Positions 29,049 to 39,263 of a DNA stretch of 64,000 nt are shown here, piece by piece. Location of the stretch: NCBI GenBank assembly GCA_963827655.1, contig CAWHCF010000017.1:32001-96000 (forward strand). The letters are read 5' to 3'. The DNA comes from an uncultured Acidobacteriota bacterium. GTDB taxonomy: Bacteria > Acidobacteriota > UBA6911. A model generated the notes under the pieces. It was given only the letters and a program-made list of their open reading frames with translations, was not told where the DNA came from and did no database searches. Position 1 is the first letter of the stretch. The number at the start of each line of letters is the position of its first letter. The position numbers and the translations under genes are program-made.

Positions 29049-29867
29049 ATGGAACTGCATGAAAAGGAAGCCAGACTGGAAGCCCTGCTCAAGGAGCTCT
29101 CTCCGGTCATGGTGGCGTTCAGCGGGGGAGTGGATAGCTCGTACCTCGCGTATAAGGCCCACCAGGTTTTGGGCGACCGGGCGCTGGCCATCACGGCAGA
29201 GAGTCCCTCGGTTCCTTCGCATCAGCGCAAGATGGCACTCCAGGTGGCCTCGCAGTTCGGGTTCCTCCACGAGATCATTCATACGGATGAAGTAACCCGC
29301 GACGATTATCGAGAGAACTCCCCGAATCGCTGCTACTTTTGCAAGGATGAGCTGTACAGCAGGCTCGCGGCGTTGGCGAAGGAACGCGGATTTTCCGCCA
29401 TAGTCGATGGACTGAATGCGGACGATCTGGGAGATTTTCGGCCCGGGCGCAAGGCAGCCCGCGAACAGGGAGTACGGAGTCCCCTGGTCGAGGCCGGGCT
29501 GCGCAAGGAGGAAATCCGCGAGCTGTCGCGGCGCGCAGGTCTCCCGACTGCAGACCAGCCTGCCTCGGCTTGCCTTTCTTCTCGTTTCCCATACGGTATC
29601 CAAATAACCGAGGAGAAACTGGCCATCGTGGACCGCGGAGAAGAGTCGCTGCGAGAAATGGGCTTCCGCGTGTTCAGGGTGCGGCACCACGAGGATACTG
29701 TACGGCTCGAATTCGGACCTGAGGATCTCAACCGCGCGCTCGATTTCGAAATGGCGAAGAAACTGACCTCCGTGTTCAAGCGCCTGGGATACAAATACGT
29801 AACGCTGGACCTGGAAGGATACCGCAGCGGTTCGCTCAACGAGGTGCTGGTCCGTAGCATTGATTAG
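29049..29867 (+). CDS. larE: ATP-dependent sacrificial sulfur transferase LarE family
   Basis: PP-loop AFSGGVDS, NRCYFCK, DFRPG, ACLSSRFPYG and DLEGYRSGS motifs. Confidence 0.93.
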   Translation: MELHEKEARLEALLKELSPVMVAFSGGVDSSYLAYKAHQVLGDRALAITAESPSVPSHQRKMALQVASQFGFLHEIIHTDEVTRDDYRENSPNRCYFCKDELYSRLAALAKERGFSAIVDGLNADDLGDFRPGRKAAREQGVRSPLVEAGLRKEEIRELSRRAGLPTADQPASACLSSRFPYGIQITEEKLAIVDRGEESLREMGFRVFRVRHHEDTVRLEFGPEDLNRALDFEMAKKLTSVFKRLGYKYVTLDLEGYRSGSLNEVLVRSID

Positions 29868-29978
29868 GCCGCCCGCCCTCCGACGGTTTCGCGCGCAACT
29901 AGCGTTTCTTCGTGTCTCTGTGGTTAGTGCCGCTGATTAAACTCAACCGCGAAGACCGGCAGAAGTCGCCAGGATTTC

Positions 29979-31703
29979 ATGAAGGCCGATTCGAAACTTA
30001 GCCCGCTTCTGCGTTTTTCTCTTCTCAGCACTTTCGTCGCTGTCTGTGTGGCTCTTCCCCTGGGCGCGGGCGCCTCAAAGGCCCCGGTGCGCAGCATGCG
30101 CGGAATGGTAGTTTCGACCGAGGTGCGCGCGAGCCGCGCCGGGGTAGAAATACTGAAGCAAGGGGGCAATGCGGTCGACGCTGCTGTGGCCGTGGGGTTC
30201 ATGCTGGCTGTGACTCACCCGTCCGCAGGCAATCTGGGCGGCGGGGGGTTCATGATGATCCGGATGAGCAAGACCGGCGAGACCGTGGCGGTCGACTACC
30301 GCGAAATGGCGCCCGCCGGGGCCAGCCGCACGATGTACCTGGACAAGGAGGGTAATACGACCCCGGAAGCTTCGACCGTCGGGTATCGGGCGATCGCGGT
30401 GCCAGGCACCGTGGCAGGCTTGTCGCTGGCGTTGGAGAAGTATGGGACCATGAGACTCCCCCAGGTGATGGCGCCCTCGATCGAACTGGCCCGAGCGGGG
30501 TTGGAACTGAGCTACTTCGAGAGCGAATCGCTCAAGACCGCGAGAAAGCTTCTAAGCCGATTTCCCGAAACCATGCGGCTCTACCTGCGCGATGGCAACT
30601 ACTATTCCGAGGGGGAAACCTTTGTCCAGCCCGATCTGGCGCGATGCCTCGAGCTGATTGCGCGCAACGGCCCTCGTGAGTTCTACGAAGGTTCTATCGC
30701 TCAGCTAATAGTCAAGGATATGCAGGCCAATGGTGGTCTGATCACGGTCGACGATTTGAAAGCGTATCGTTCGACGGTGCGCAAGCCCATCGAGGGGACT
30801 TACCGCGGATATCGGATTTTTTCGATGCCGCCACCGAGCTCTGGCGGAATCGCCCTGGTGGAGATGCTCAATATCCTGGAAGCTTATCCGCTCGCGGACT
30901 ACGGCCAGGGAGCCAGCCGCACACTTCACCTTCTTGCCGAGGCTATGAAGCGCGCCTTCGCCGATCGCGCGGAGTATCTGGGAGACCCCGACTTCGTCCG
31001 AATCCCGATCGCGGGGCTGATTTCCAAACGGTACGCCGCGGAGCGCCGCGCGACGATCGACCCTTTTCTGGCGTCTGATTCCTCCAAACTTGGGTATGGC
31101 AAGCCTGGGGACTACGAATCTGAGCAGACCACGCATTTTTCCATCGTTGATGCCGCCGGTAATGTCGTGGCCAACACCTATACGCTCAACGGCGGTTACG
31201 GATCGGGAGTGACCATTCCGGGAACGGGCATTCTGATGAACAACGAGATGGACGATTTCAGCTCCAGACCCGGCGCTCCCAACGCCTATGGTCTGGTGCA
31301 CGGCGAGGCCAATTCCATCGCGCCGCGTAAGCGCCCGCTCAGTGCCATGTCTCCCACGATTGTCGTCAAAGACGACAAGCCGCTCCTGGTTCTAGGAAGT
31401 CCGGGCGGCCCCACCATCATCAATACTGTGCTCCAGACGTTGATCAACACGATCGACTTTCAGCTTACCGTTCAGGAAGCCGTGGACGCCCCCCGCATCC
31501 ATCACCAGTGGATGCCTGACAAGCTCGTGATCGAGCGAATCGGATTTGCTCAGGACGTGATGGACGCATTGAAAGCGCGCGGACACTCTTTAGAGCTGCG
31601 CCGCAGCATCGGCGACTGCCATGCGATCATGATCGATTCCAAGACTGGAGTGCGCCTGGGGGCCGCCGACCCTCGTATGGACGGGGTTGCGATAGGCTAC
31701 TGA
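29979..31703 (+). CDS. ggt: Gamma-glutamyltransferase
   Basis: GGNAVDAA, GNLGGGGF, EQTTHFS (Thr nucleophile), NNEMDDF, PLSAMSP and GSPGG motifs; signal peptide. Confidence 0.96.
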   Translation: MKADSKLSPLLRFSLLSTFVAVCVALPLGAGASKAPVRSMRGMVVSTEVRASRAGVEILKQGGNAVDAAVAVGFMLAVTHPSAGNLGGGGFMMIRMSKTGETVAVDYREMAPAGASRTMYLDKEGNTTPEASTVGYRAIAVPGTVAGLSLALEKYGTMRLPQVMAPSIELARAGLELSYFESESLKTARKLLSRFPETMRLYLRDGNYYSEGETFVQPDLARCLELIARNGPREFYEGSIAQLIVKDMQANGGLITVDDLKAYRSTVRKPIEGTYRGYRIFSMPPPSSGGIALVEMLNILEAYPLADYGQGASRTLHLLAEAMKRAFADRAEYLGDPDFVRIPIAGLISKRYAAERRATIDPFLASDSSKLGYGKPGDYESEQTTHFSIVDAAGNVVANTYTLNGGYGSGVTIPGTGILMNNEMDDFSSRPGAPNAYGLVHGEANSIAPRKRPLSAMSPTIVVKDDKPLLVLGSPGGPTIINTVLQTLINTIDFQLTVQEAVDAPRIHHQWMPDKLVIERIGFAQDVMDALKARGHSLELRRSIGDCHAIMIDSKTGVRLGAADPRMDGVAIGY

Positions 31704-31744
31704 TCCTGGAGTTTCTTCGTGTCTTAGCGGTATTTGTTCCGCAT

Positions 31745-32822
31745 TTAAGATTGGGGCTTCGCGGCGAAGTAGCCCTTTCGATACCGGAGATGGTGGGTAG
31801 GATCCGCGCCGTCAAGAACGACTTTCACTCGCCGAAAGGCGCCGTCGCGCGCGGGATTGGAAGAGATAAAACCGATGCTGTACTGGTTGCGGAGTTCGTG
31901 GGCGATCTCGGACACGATGCGCGTTCATCTCGGCTACTTTTTGCGGGAAGAATGCCTTCCCGCCGGTCTCGTCCGAAATCTTTTGCAGAGCGTCGCGCGC
32001 CTTTTCCGGCACCGACTTTGAGAAGCGTCCGAACAGACCTTTCTCGGGAGTCGGATTCATGATTCCAATATTGAAAACCTGAACATCAAGCTCCTGGACC
32101 TTGGCCACCAGTTCGTCCAGCTTGTAATAGCTGTCACGATCCTCTCCGTCGCTGACCACGACGACTGCTTTCTTGGGTTTCTTGCCGGTCTGCGCCTTCT
32201 GGATACTCAGGTAGATCGCGTCATAAAGAGCGGTCCCTCCCGAGACGATCGTGTTCTCGAGGGCATCCGTGATCAGATCGATATCGCTGGTGTAGTCCTC
32301 GAGCAGCTCAATCTCATCGTTAAAGCCCACCAGAAAGACTTCATCCTCAGGATTGCTGGCCTTGATAAAGGCGAGAGCGGACCGGTTCACCATCTCGATC
32401 TTGTTCCGCATGCTTCCACTGATGTCCAGGGTAATCCCCATGCTGACCGGGACGTCCTCCTGGGAAAAAAACGAAACGTTCTGCGCGACGCCGTCCTCGA
32501 ATAGCTTGAAATTCTCCTTCTTCAGACCTCCGACGAAATGACCGTTCTTGTCATAAACGGAGGTATGGACAACGACCAGATCGACACTGACGCCGATCGT
32601 GTACCCCTTCTGGCGCTCTGGACGCTCTTCCTGAGGGGAGCCCGACTCAAGTTCCGGCTTGTTGGGCCGTTTTCGTTCGTCGGGTTTGGATTTACCTTCG
32701 TCGGGTTTGGATTTAGCCTGGGGAAACGCCGAGAGTACGGTTGAGTCTGAAATCGAGCTGGAAATGACGAGGGTCAGGCAGAGCGCAATCGCGGCGGCCG
32801 CTAAGCTAAGTCTTCGGCGCAT
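31745..32822 (-). CDS. Acidobacterial-type VWA domain protein with a +1 frameshift near 31919
   Basis: DISGS, GGTALYD, SDGED and ETGG motifs. Removing one base restores IAHELRNQYSIGF...RKGYFAAKPQS*. Confidence 0.85.
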
Positions 32823-33732
32823 AATAACCCTCCTTAGCGTGGAGTATCAGCTTTGGAAGGCCTTCGGGCGGATCCAGCTTGATCTTGACCTTGCGCCATT
32901 TCCCGTCGTGATTCTTGTTCGTGGGCACGTATCCGACGACGTACTGGTTGCGCAACTCGGCGTGAATCAAGTCAATGTAGTAGTCCAGCTCATTGAAGTT
33001 ATTGGGGAAGAAAGCGCGCCCGCCCGTCAGCCCCACGATGTTCTGTATCTCCGAGCGGCCGTAGCCCAGCTTGCCTTCTTCGCCGATCGCGTAGATCTGC
33101 ACGTCAGATTCCTTGGCGAACTCCCGTATTTCCGAGGCCGAGTAACGGCTGCTGTTGTCCTCTCCATCGGTGATCAGGATCAGCGCCTTCTTTTCATTCC
33201 TGGCCGCCTTGATATTGTCCAGTCCCAGATAGACCGCATCGTAGAGAGCCGTGCGTCCTCCCGGCTGGCTGAAGGAAATCTCGTTTTGAATGGACGAGCT
33301 CTGGCTGGTGAAGCTCTGAACCAGTGAAGTCTTCTGGTTGAACGTCACCAGGAAGAATTCATCCTCGGGATTGCCTGACTGGAGAAAACGGGAGACAGAG
33401 TTCCGGGCCGTGTGAATGTTGTCCTTCATGCTTCCGCTGATATCAAAGAGAATTCCAACGGAAATCGGCGCGGATTCCTGGGTGAAATGAGAGACGCTCT
33501 GCTCGACCTTATCCTCAAACACCTTGAAGTGCTCTTTTTCGAGTCCAGTGACGTAACGGTTCAGAGGATCGGTGACCGAGATCTTGATGAATACAGTTTC
33601 GACGCCGACGCGAAAGGTCGGCTTGGCCGGCTTATCCTGGGTTTTAGAGGACTGACCCCAGGCAAGAGTCGCGAAGCAAGCCAAAAGAATCAAACAAGGC
33701 GCCAGGCTTCTCGGCTTTGCAAGTGGCATCAC
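32806..33732 (-). CDS. Acidobacterial-type VWA domain protein
   Basis: DISGS, GRTALYD, TDGEDNSS, LTGG, ELRNQY and EGYYAP motifs. Confidence 0.9.
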   Translation of the reverse strand: MMPLAKPRSLAPCLILLACFATLAWGQSSKTQDKPAKPTFRVGVETVFIKISVTDPLNRYVTGLEKEHFKVFEDKVEQSVSHFTQESAPISVGILFDISGSMKDNIHTARNSVSRFLQSGNPEDEFFLVTFNQKTSLVQSFTSQSSSIQNEISFSQPGGRTALYDAVYLGLDNIKAARNEKKALILITDGEDNSSRYSASEIREFAKESDVQIYAIGEEGKLGYGRSEIQNIVGLTGGRAFFPNNFNELDYYIDLIHAELRNQYVVGYVPTNKNHDGKWRKVKIKLDPPEGLPKLILHAKEGYYAPKT

Positions 33733-33852
33733 GGTACCAGAGAGATCATAGTTTCATCGTGTTCCGCATTTTACCTCACCGAGAATCCAAGTCAAGCACA
33801 GTAATAAGGTTCCTGACGTTTCTTCGAGGCTTTGTGTCTCGGCGGTTAGCTC

Positions 33853-36102
33853 CTATTTCCCCACCAGCCGGTCCAAAAATTCGAGTCCAACCAGAACTTC
33901 TCGCGGTTTGGAGCCTTCGGCGGGACCGACCAGGTTGTTTTGATACATCATGTCGACGAGCTTGGCGGCCCGACCATAACCGATACTGAGACGTCTTTGA
34001 AGCAAGGACGTGGAGGCACGCCCCTCGCTCACCACAATCCGGACGGCATCGTTGTAGAGTTCGTCATGCGCGCCGCCGTCCACCGGGTTTCCCTCCTCAT
34101 CGACTTCTTCCTGGCCGTAGGTAAGGACGGAATTGTCGTACGCCGGGCGGCCCTGGCCGCGCAAGTGCTCGACAATCAGCAGAGCTTCCTTCTCGGTGAC
34201 AAAGGCGCCGTGAACGCGGGTAAGCCTGGACGAACCGGGCGGGATAAACAGCATGTCGCCATTTCCCAGAAGCAGTTCGGCGCCGTTAGAATCAATGATC
34301 GTCCGGGAGTCGACCTTCGTGGCCACCTTGAAAGCGATCCGGCAAGGAAAATTCGCCTTGATCACTCCGGTGATTACGTCGACCGAGGGCCTTTGGGTCG
34401 CGAGGATGAGATGTATGCCGACGGCTCGGGCCATGGCGGCCAGGCGTGAAATCGATTCTTCAACCTCACGCGACGAAACCATCATGAGGTCAGCCAGCTC
34501 GTCGATGACCAGGATCAGGTAAGGAAGCGCCTTCTCGAGTTCCCCCTCGATGTCGTTGCTGTCGATGAGCGACAGCTGGCGTCCGCCCGCTCGAATCAGG
34601 GTATTGTACTGGTCTATATTCCGAACGCCTCTCAGGGCCAGTTTTTTGTACCGCGTCTCCATCTCGCTGGTAGCCCAGCGCAATGCATTTGCCGCCTCCT
34701 TGGGATCCGTCACGATGGGAGTCAGTAGATGAGGGATGTCGGCATAGATTCCGAGCTCGAGACGCTTGGGGTCGATCAAAATGAACTTCACTTCCTCGGG
34801 CGTGGATTTGTACAGAACCGAGGTGATCATGCAATTCAGCGCTACGCTCTTGCCCGCTCCGGTAGCCCCCGCGATCAGAAGGTGCGGCATCTTGGCCAGG
34901 TCGGTCACATAGACATTGCCGTTGATTAATTTCCCCAGTGCGAGGGTAAGTCTGGATTGAGACTTTCGGAAGACTTCCGACTCGATCACCTCGCGCAAAA
35001 AGATGGTTTCGCGCTGCGGATTGGGCACCTCCATTCCCACGGTAGCCTTCCCGGGAATGCGATCGATTCGAATCGACTCCGCCTTGATCCCCAGGCATAG
35101 ATCGTCGACCAGCGTGGTGATTTTCGAGTACTTGATGCCGGCATCCGGTTTGAACTCGAAAGTGGTGACGACAGGACCGGGATGAATCTGGGTGATGTTT
35201 CCATGCACGTCGAATTCCGCACACTTGTCGGATATCTGGCGCGCCCGTTCCATCAGCTCCGCTTCGTTCACACTCAGATGGTCTTCAACTTCGGCCAGCA
35301 GGTCGGAAGGCGGAAACAGGTATTTCCGGTTGCGCGGCCGGTCGTCGACCGGTGAGGGACGGGCGGCTTCGGTCTCGGGCGCTCGTACGACCGGAGGACG
35401 CGGTTCGGATCGCGTTGTAACCTGGCTGGGTTTTACGGGCACAGGACGCGGCGTCAGATCCAAGACTGCGGAACCCGCAGATTTTATGTTGACCACGGTT
35501 CGGAGTGGTTTGCGACTCTCACGCCAGCTACGAAACCTCTTCAGCAGACCCGGACCTGCCGATTCCTTTTCGGCTGCAAGGCGGCCGACTGTGGCGTCGA
35601 GCGAAACGGTCGTCGCTGTCAACAGCCCGAGCACGAAAGTTCCAATCAGCAGCACCACGGTTCCGGTCAGGTTCAGGTTTGGCAGGAGCAGATCCGCCAG
35701 CAGCACACCGACGACACCTCCCGGCAGGAAGTTGACGTCCGGCAGCGGAATCGGAACCATCTGCAGGACCGTGCAGGCGGTGGCAATTAACAGCGCCAGT
35801 CCGAGCGCGCGCAAGTACGGCGATTGAATTTGCCGGCCGCGGATCAGTTTCCAGCTCAGGATGACCATGGGAATCAACAACAGAAAGGCCGACAGACCCA
35901 TAGCTTGAAAGAGAAGGTCGCTGACAATGGCGCCGACTCTCCCTATTCGATTCTCGGCTCCTGCCTTGTTGAAGATCGAGTTGAAACTCGAGTCGCTCGG
36001 ATTGTAAGAAACCAGACAGAAAAAGAGCAGGATGGTCACAAGCAGGCCAAGGACTCCAATGTACTCGTGCCGCTTCGCCGGAGTGTGCAGGGACATGCTC
36101 AA
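33853..36102 (-). CDS. ftsK: DNA translocase FtsK
   Basis: N-terminal transmembrane segments, MPHLLIAGATGAGKS, IDELADLM, ATQRPS, LLGNGDML and gamma domain LQRRLSIGYGRAA. Confidence 0.97.
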   Translation of the reverse strand: MSMSLHTPAKRHEYIGVLGLLVTILLFFCLVSYNPSDSSFNSIFNKAGAENRIGRVGAIVSDLLFQAMGLSAFLLLIPMVILSWKLIRGRQIQSPYLRALGLALLIATACTVLQMVPIPLPDVNFLPGGVVGVLLADLLLPNLNLTGTVVLLIGTFVLGLLTATTVSLDATVGRLAAEKESAGPGLLKRFRSWRESRKPLRTVVNIKSAGSAVLDLTPRPVPVKPSQVTTRSEPRPPVVRAPETEAARPSPVDDRPRNRKYLFPPSDLLAEVEDHLSVNEAELMERARQISDKCAEFDVHGNITQIHPGPVVTTFEFKPDAGIKYSKITTLVDDLCLGIKAESIRIDRIPGKATVGMEVPNPQRETIFLREVIESEVFRKSQSRLTLALGKLINGNVYVTDLAKMPHLLIAGATGAGKSVALNCMITSVLYKSTPEEVKFILIDPKRLELGIYADIPHLLTPIVTDPKEAANALRWATSEMETRYKKLALRGVRNIDQYNTLIRAGGRQLSLIDSNDIEGELEKALPYLILVIDELADLMMVSSREVEESISRLAAMARAVGIHLILATQRPSVDVITGVIKANFPCRIAFKVATKVDSRTIIDSNGAELLLGNGDMLFIPPGSSRLTRVHGAFVTEKEALLIVEHLRGQGRPAYDNSVLTYGQEEVDEEGNPVDGGAHDELYNDAVRIVVSEGRASTSLLQRRLSIGYGRAAKLVDMMYQNNLVGPAEGSKPREVLVGLEFLDRLVGK

Positions 36103-36120
36103 TCCTATTCCAAATCCAAT

Positions 36121-37824
36121 CTAGATTTCCAGAACTAACGGGACAATCATAGGGCGAGTTCCCGTGCGCTTGCGAAAGAATCGCTTCAAATCGGCACGGA
36201 TCATTTCGGTCAAAACCAGAGAGTCGGCACGTTCTTCTTCGGTGCTTTCCTTAAGGGTGTTAAGTACGATCTGCTTGCCCTCGGCCAGGATTGCGGAACC
36301 CCCTTTCTCGTCAAGGTGCCCCCGGCTGACCAGTTCGGGCAAGCCTTCAAGCTCGCCCGTCGACTTGTTGATCGCTACCACGGCCAGAACGACTCCCTCC
36401 TCGGAAAGATGCTGCCGGTCTCGAACCATGAACTCATCGACGTCGGCCATGCCGCTGTCATCCAGGAGCCGCCGTCCCACCGGAGCCTTGCCACGAATCC
36501 CGGCCCAGTCCGCGGTGAAGGTGATAATGTCGCCGGTCTCGGCCAGGAGGATCCGATCTTTGGTAATCCCGGTTTCCTGGGCAACCAGCGAGTGATGATA
36601 GAGCTGGCGGTATTCTCCATGGATCGGGACAAAAAACCGGGGCCGGGTTAGGTTCAGCATGAGCTTCAACTCTTCCTGGCTCGCATGTCCGGAGACATGA
36701 ATCGACCACCTGCTCTCGTCGTAGACTTTTGCGCCACGCCGGCAAAAATGGTTTATCAGATGTGAGATGCGGCTCTCGTTTCCCGGAATCGCCCGGGCGC
36801 TGATGATTATCGAGTCATCCGGCTCCACTCTGAAGTTCTTGTGTTTGTCCAGCGCAAGCTTTCCCAGGGCCGCCATCGGTTCACCCTGGCTTCCGGTCGC
36901 CAGCAGGACGATCTGGTCAGCCGGGAGTTGCAGGCCCTCATTTATGTCCGCCAGAGTTCCGGCAGGAACGCTTATGTATCCCATGCTACGAGCAATCCCC
37001 AGGTTCTCTTTCATGCTTCGTCCGACAAGCACTACGCGTCTTCGGAACTCCCGGGCCAGTTCCAGGATGATCTGGATCCGATGAATGCTCGAGGCGAAGC
37101 AGGCCACGATGATCTTGCCCTGGCTGGTATGAAAGATCTGTTCGAGGTGCCGCTGTACGTGGTTTTCGGAAGGCGTGTACCCGGGCCGTTCACTATTTGT
37201 GCTGTCGGAGAACAGAGCCAGAACCCCGCGTTCTCCGTAATAGGAGAAGCGGCTGTAGTCAGTGGTTTTGCCATCGGGAGGAGACTGATCGAACTTGAAA
37301 TCCCCCGTATGAATAAGGGTTCCCAAATCGGTCGTGATGGCGAGTCCGATGCTATCGGCTATGCTGTGGGTTACCCGGAGAAACTCCAGGTGCATGTCGC
37401 CGACTTGCAGGGTATCGCGCGCTTGAACCCGGTTCAGCTGAACGCGGTCGAGCAGCCTCTGCTCTGAAAGCCGTCCTTCGGCGAAGGCCAGCGTGAGTGG
37501 AGTGCCATACACCGGCGCCGGAATCTCGTCGAGCAAGTAGGGAAGAGCTCCAATGTGGTCCTCATGGCCGTGAGTCAGCACGATCGCTTTCACTTCGTCC
37601 TTGTGCTCCACCAGGTAGCGAAGGTCCGGCACGACGAGGTCGACCCCGAGGAGGTCATTGCGAGGAAACATCAGTCCGGCATCCACCACCAGAATGGTTC
37701 CGGCGTGGCGGATGGCCATCATGTTCATTCCGAATTCCCCCAGTCCTCCCAGGGGAATCACTTCAATCTGGTCGCTGGTCACAGTTCGCGGCTCGTCCGG
37801 TAAAGTGCGCGAAAAGTATAACAT
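36121..37824 (-). CDS. rnj: Ribonuclease J
   Basis: PLGGLGEFGMN, THGHEDHIG, HTGDFK, DSTN, TGSQGEP, HVSGH and PIHGE motifs; start may be the GTG at 37782. Confidence 0.96.
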   Translation of the reverse strand: MLYFSRTLPDEPRTVTSDQIEVIPLGGLGEFGMNMMAIRHAGTILVVDAGLMFPRNDLLGVDLVVPDLRYLVEHKDEVKAIVLTHGHEDHIGALPYLLDEIPAPVYGTPLTLAFAEGRLSEQRLLDRVQLNRVQARDTLQVGDMHLEFLRVTHSIADSIGLAITTDLGTLIHTGDFKFDQSPPDGKTTDYSRFSYYGERGVLALFSDSTNSERPGYTPSENHVQRHLEQIFHTSQGKIIVACFASSIHRIQIILELAREFRRRVVLVGRSMKENLGIARSMGYISVPAGTLADINEGLQLPADQIVLLATGSQGEPMAALGKLALDKHKNFRVEPDDSIIISARAIPGNESRISHLINHFCRRGAKVYDESRWSIHVSGHASQEELKLMLNLTRPRFFVPIHGEYRQLYHHSLVAQETGITKDRILLAETGDIITFTADWAGIRGKAPVGRRLLDDSGMADVDEFMVRDRQHLSEEGVVLAVVAINKSTGELEGLPELVSRGHLDEKGGSAILAEGKQIVLNTLKESTEEERADSLVLTEMIRADLKRFFRKRTGTRPMIVPLVLEI

Positions 37825-37855
37825 AGCTTGGCTCTTGCGCAGATTCGCGTCCCGT

Positions 37856-37892
37856 TCTTAGTGTTTCTTTGTGTCTTCGTGTCTTTGTGGTT
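37856..37892. repeat. Representative of a dispersed intergenic CTTCGTGT/ACACGAAG-type short repeat family
   Basis: TCTTAGTGTTTCTTTGTGTCTTCGTGTCTTTGTGGTT; related runs near 4757, 14095, 15449, 26420, 29011, 29899, 31705, 33811 and 41935. Confidence 0.7.
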
Positions 37893-37904
37893 AAAGCTGT
37901 CTAA

Positions 37905-38721
37905 CTAGCGGTTGAAGTTACGGGCGTAAATGGCCGCCAGTCTTTCAAATTCCTGGATGGTCAGGTCTTCGGCCCGGCGCCCCGGATCGATACGGGCTTG
38001 GGCCAGGAGTGCGTCTGATACGAGCCCGATCTGTGGATCGTGGCGGAGAGAGTTGGCAAGCGTCTTGCGTCGATGACCGAATGCCGCTTTGGCGACAGGA
38101 ACCAGAGAGTTGGTTAACGTCCGGTCTTTTGGCCGTGGGTGTGGTCGAAAGGTAACGACCGCAGAAACTACCTGCGGACGCGGTGAAAAGCAACCAGCGG
38201 CGACTTCGAATTCCAGTCGCACCTGCGCGAGATGCTGGCAGTACACCGAGAAGTAACCGTACTGGCGCGTTCCGGGGCTGGCGACTATCCGCTGGGCTAC
38301 CTCGAGCTGGACCATGGCGGTGATGTCCCGGACGGAAAGATCGAGGGAGAGCAGCTTCTCGATGATGGCTGTGGCTATGTTATACGGCAAGTTCCCTGTC
38401 ACTCTGAGAGACTGGCCGGCTTTCAGGTAAGGGGATACCAGGGCCGGGATATTCAAGCTCAGGATATCCCCCGCCACGCACCGTTGCGGAGGGAAAGCGG
38501 GCAAGGGAAACCTGGAGCGCCGAAACGCAGTCGCGGTCCAGTTCCACCGCGACCAGCCGAGCCACCCGTGGAGCGAGGCGCTCCGATAACGCTCCATACC
38601 CGGCGCCAACCTCCAGAACTGTGTCGGTAGAGGCCGGGTCGACGAGACGGATCAGACGGTCCAGAATCCGTGCATCTCTAAGAAAATGTTGCCCCAAACG
38701 CTTCTTTGCCCGTGACTTCAC
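37905..38721 (-). CDS. rsmA: 16S rRNA adenine dimethyltransferase with a +1 frameshift near 38478
   Basis: KKRLGQHFL, VLEVGAGYGAL and ELD in one frame; GNLPYNI, MVQLEVA, FGHRRKTL and RAEDL in the next. Confidence 0.92.
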
Positions 38722-38750
38722 TTGACAACCTCCGGACGCGTCCACATAAT
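38722..38750 (+). promoter_or_regulatory. Sigma70-type promoter for trxA
   Basis: TTGACA(38722-38727)-N17-CATAAT(38745-38750). Confidence 0.7.
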
Positions 38751-38806
38751 TAGTCCGTTTTGCTCACGCACGACGGAGCGATCATAGATTTCGGAGGGAC
38801 ACCTGA

Positions 38807-39133
38807 ATGAGCGAAAAAGTTGCGGAAGTGGCGGATCAGAACTTCGAGACGGAAGTCCTAAACTCTAACATGCCGGTCCTGGTGGATTTCTGGGCCGCCT
38901 GGTGTGCTCCTTGTCGCATGCTCGCTCCTGTGGTTGAAGCGATCGCCGAAAAATACGCGGGCAAGGCGAAAGTGGTCAAGCTCAACGTCGACGAAAACAC
39001 CTCAACCTCCGGGAAATACAACATCAAAGGTATCCCCACACTTCTACTCTTCAAGGATGGCGTCATCAAGGAGCAGATCGTCGGTAACACGACGAAAGAT
39101 ACCATCTCCAAGATGATCGACAACCATCTGTAA
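38807..39133 (+). CDS. trxA: Thioredoxin
   Basis: VDFWAAWCAPC and GIPTL motifs. Confidence 0.96.
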   Translation: MSEKVAEVADQNFETEVLNSNMPVLVDFWAAWCAPCRMLAPVVEAIAEKYAGKAKVVKLNVDENTSTSGKYNIKGIPTLLLFKDGVIKEQIVGNTTKDTISKMIDNHL

Positions 39134-39263
39134 CCGATCGCTCGTGGCGCCGGTCCCGCGCTGGGGTCGCAGGAATGCAGCCTTCCGCCGGGCGCGCAAA
39201 CATAAGATGATCCGGGAAAGATTCAATCCGTAATCCTCTGCTAGTAGTCTGCAATCGAGAGTT

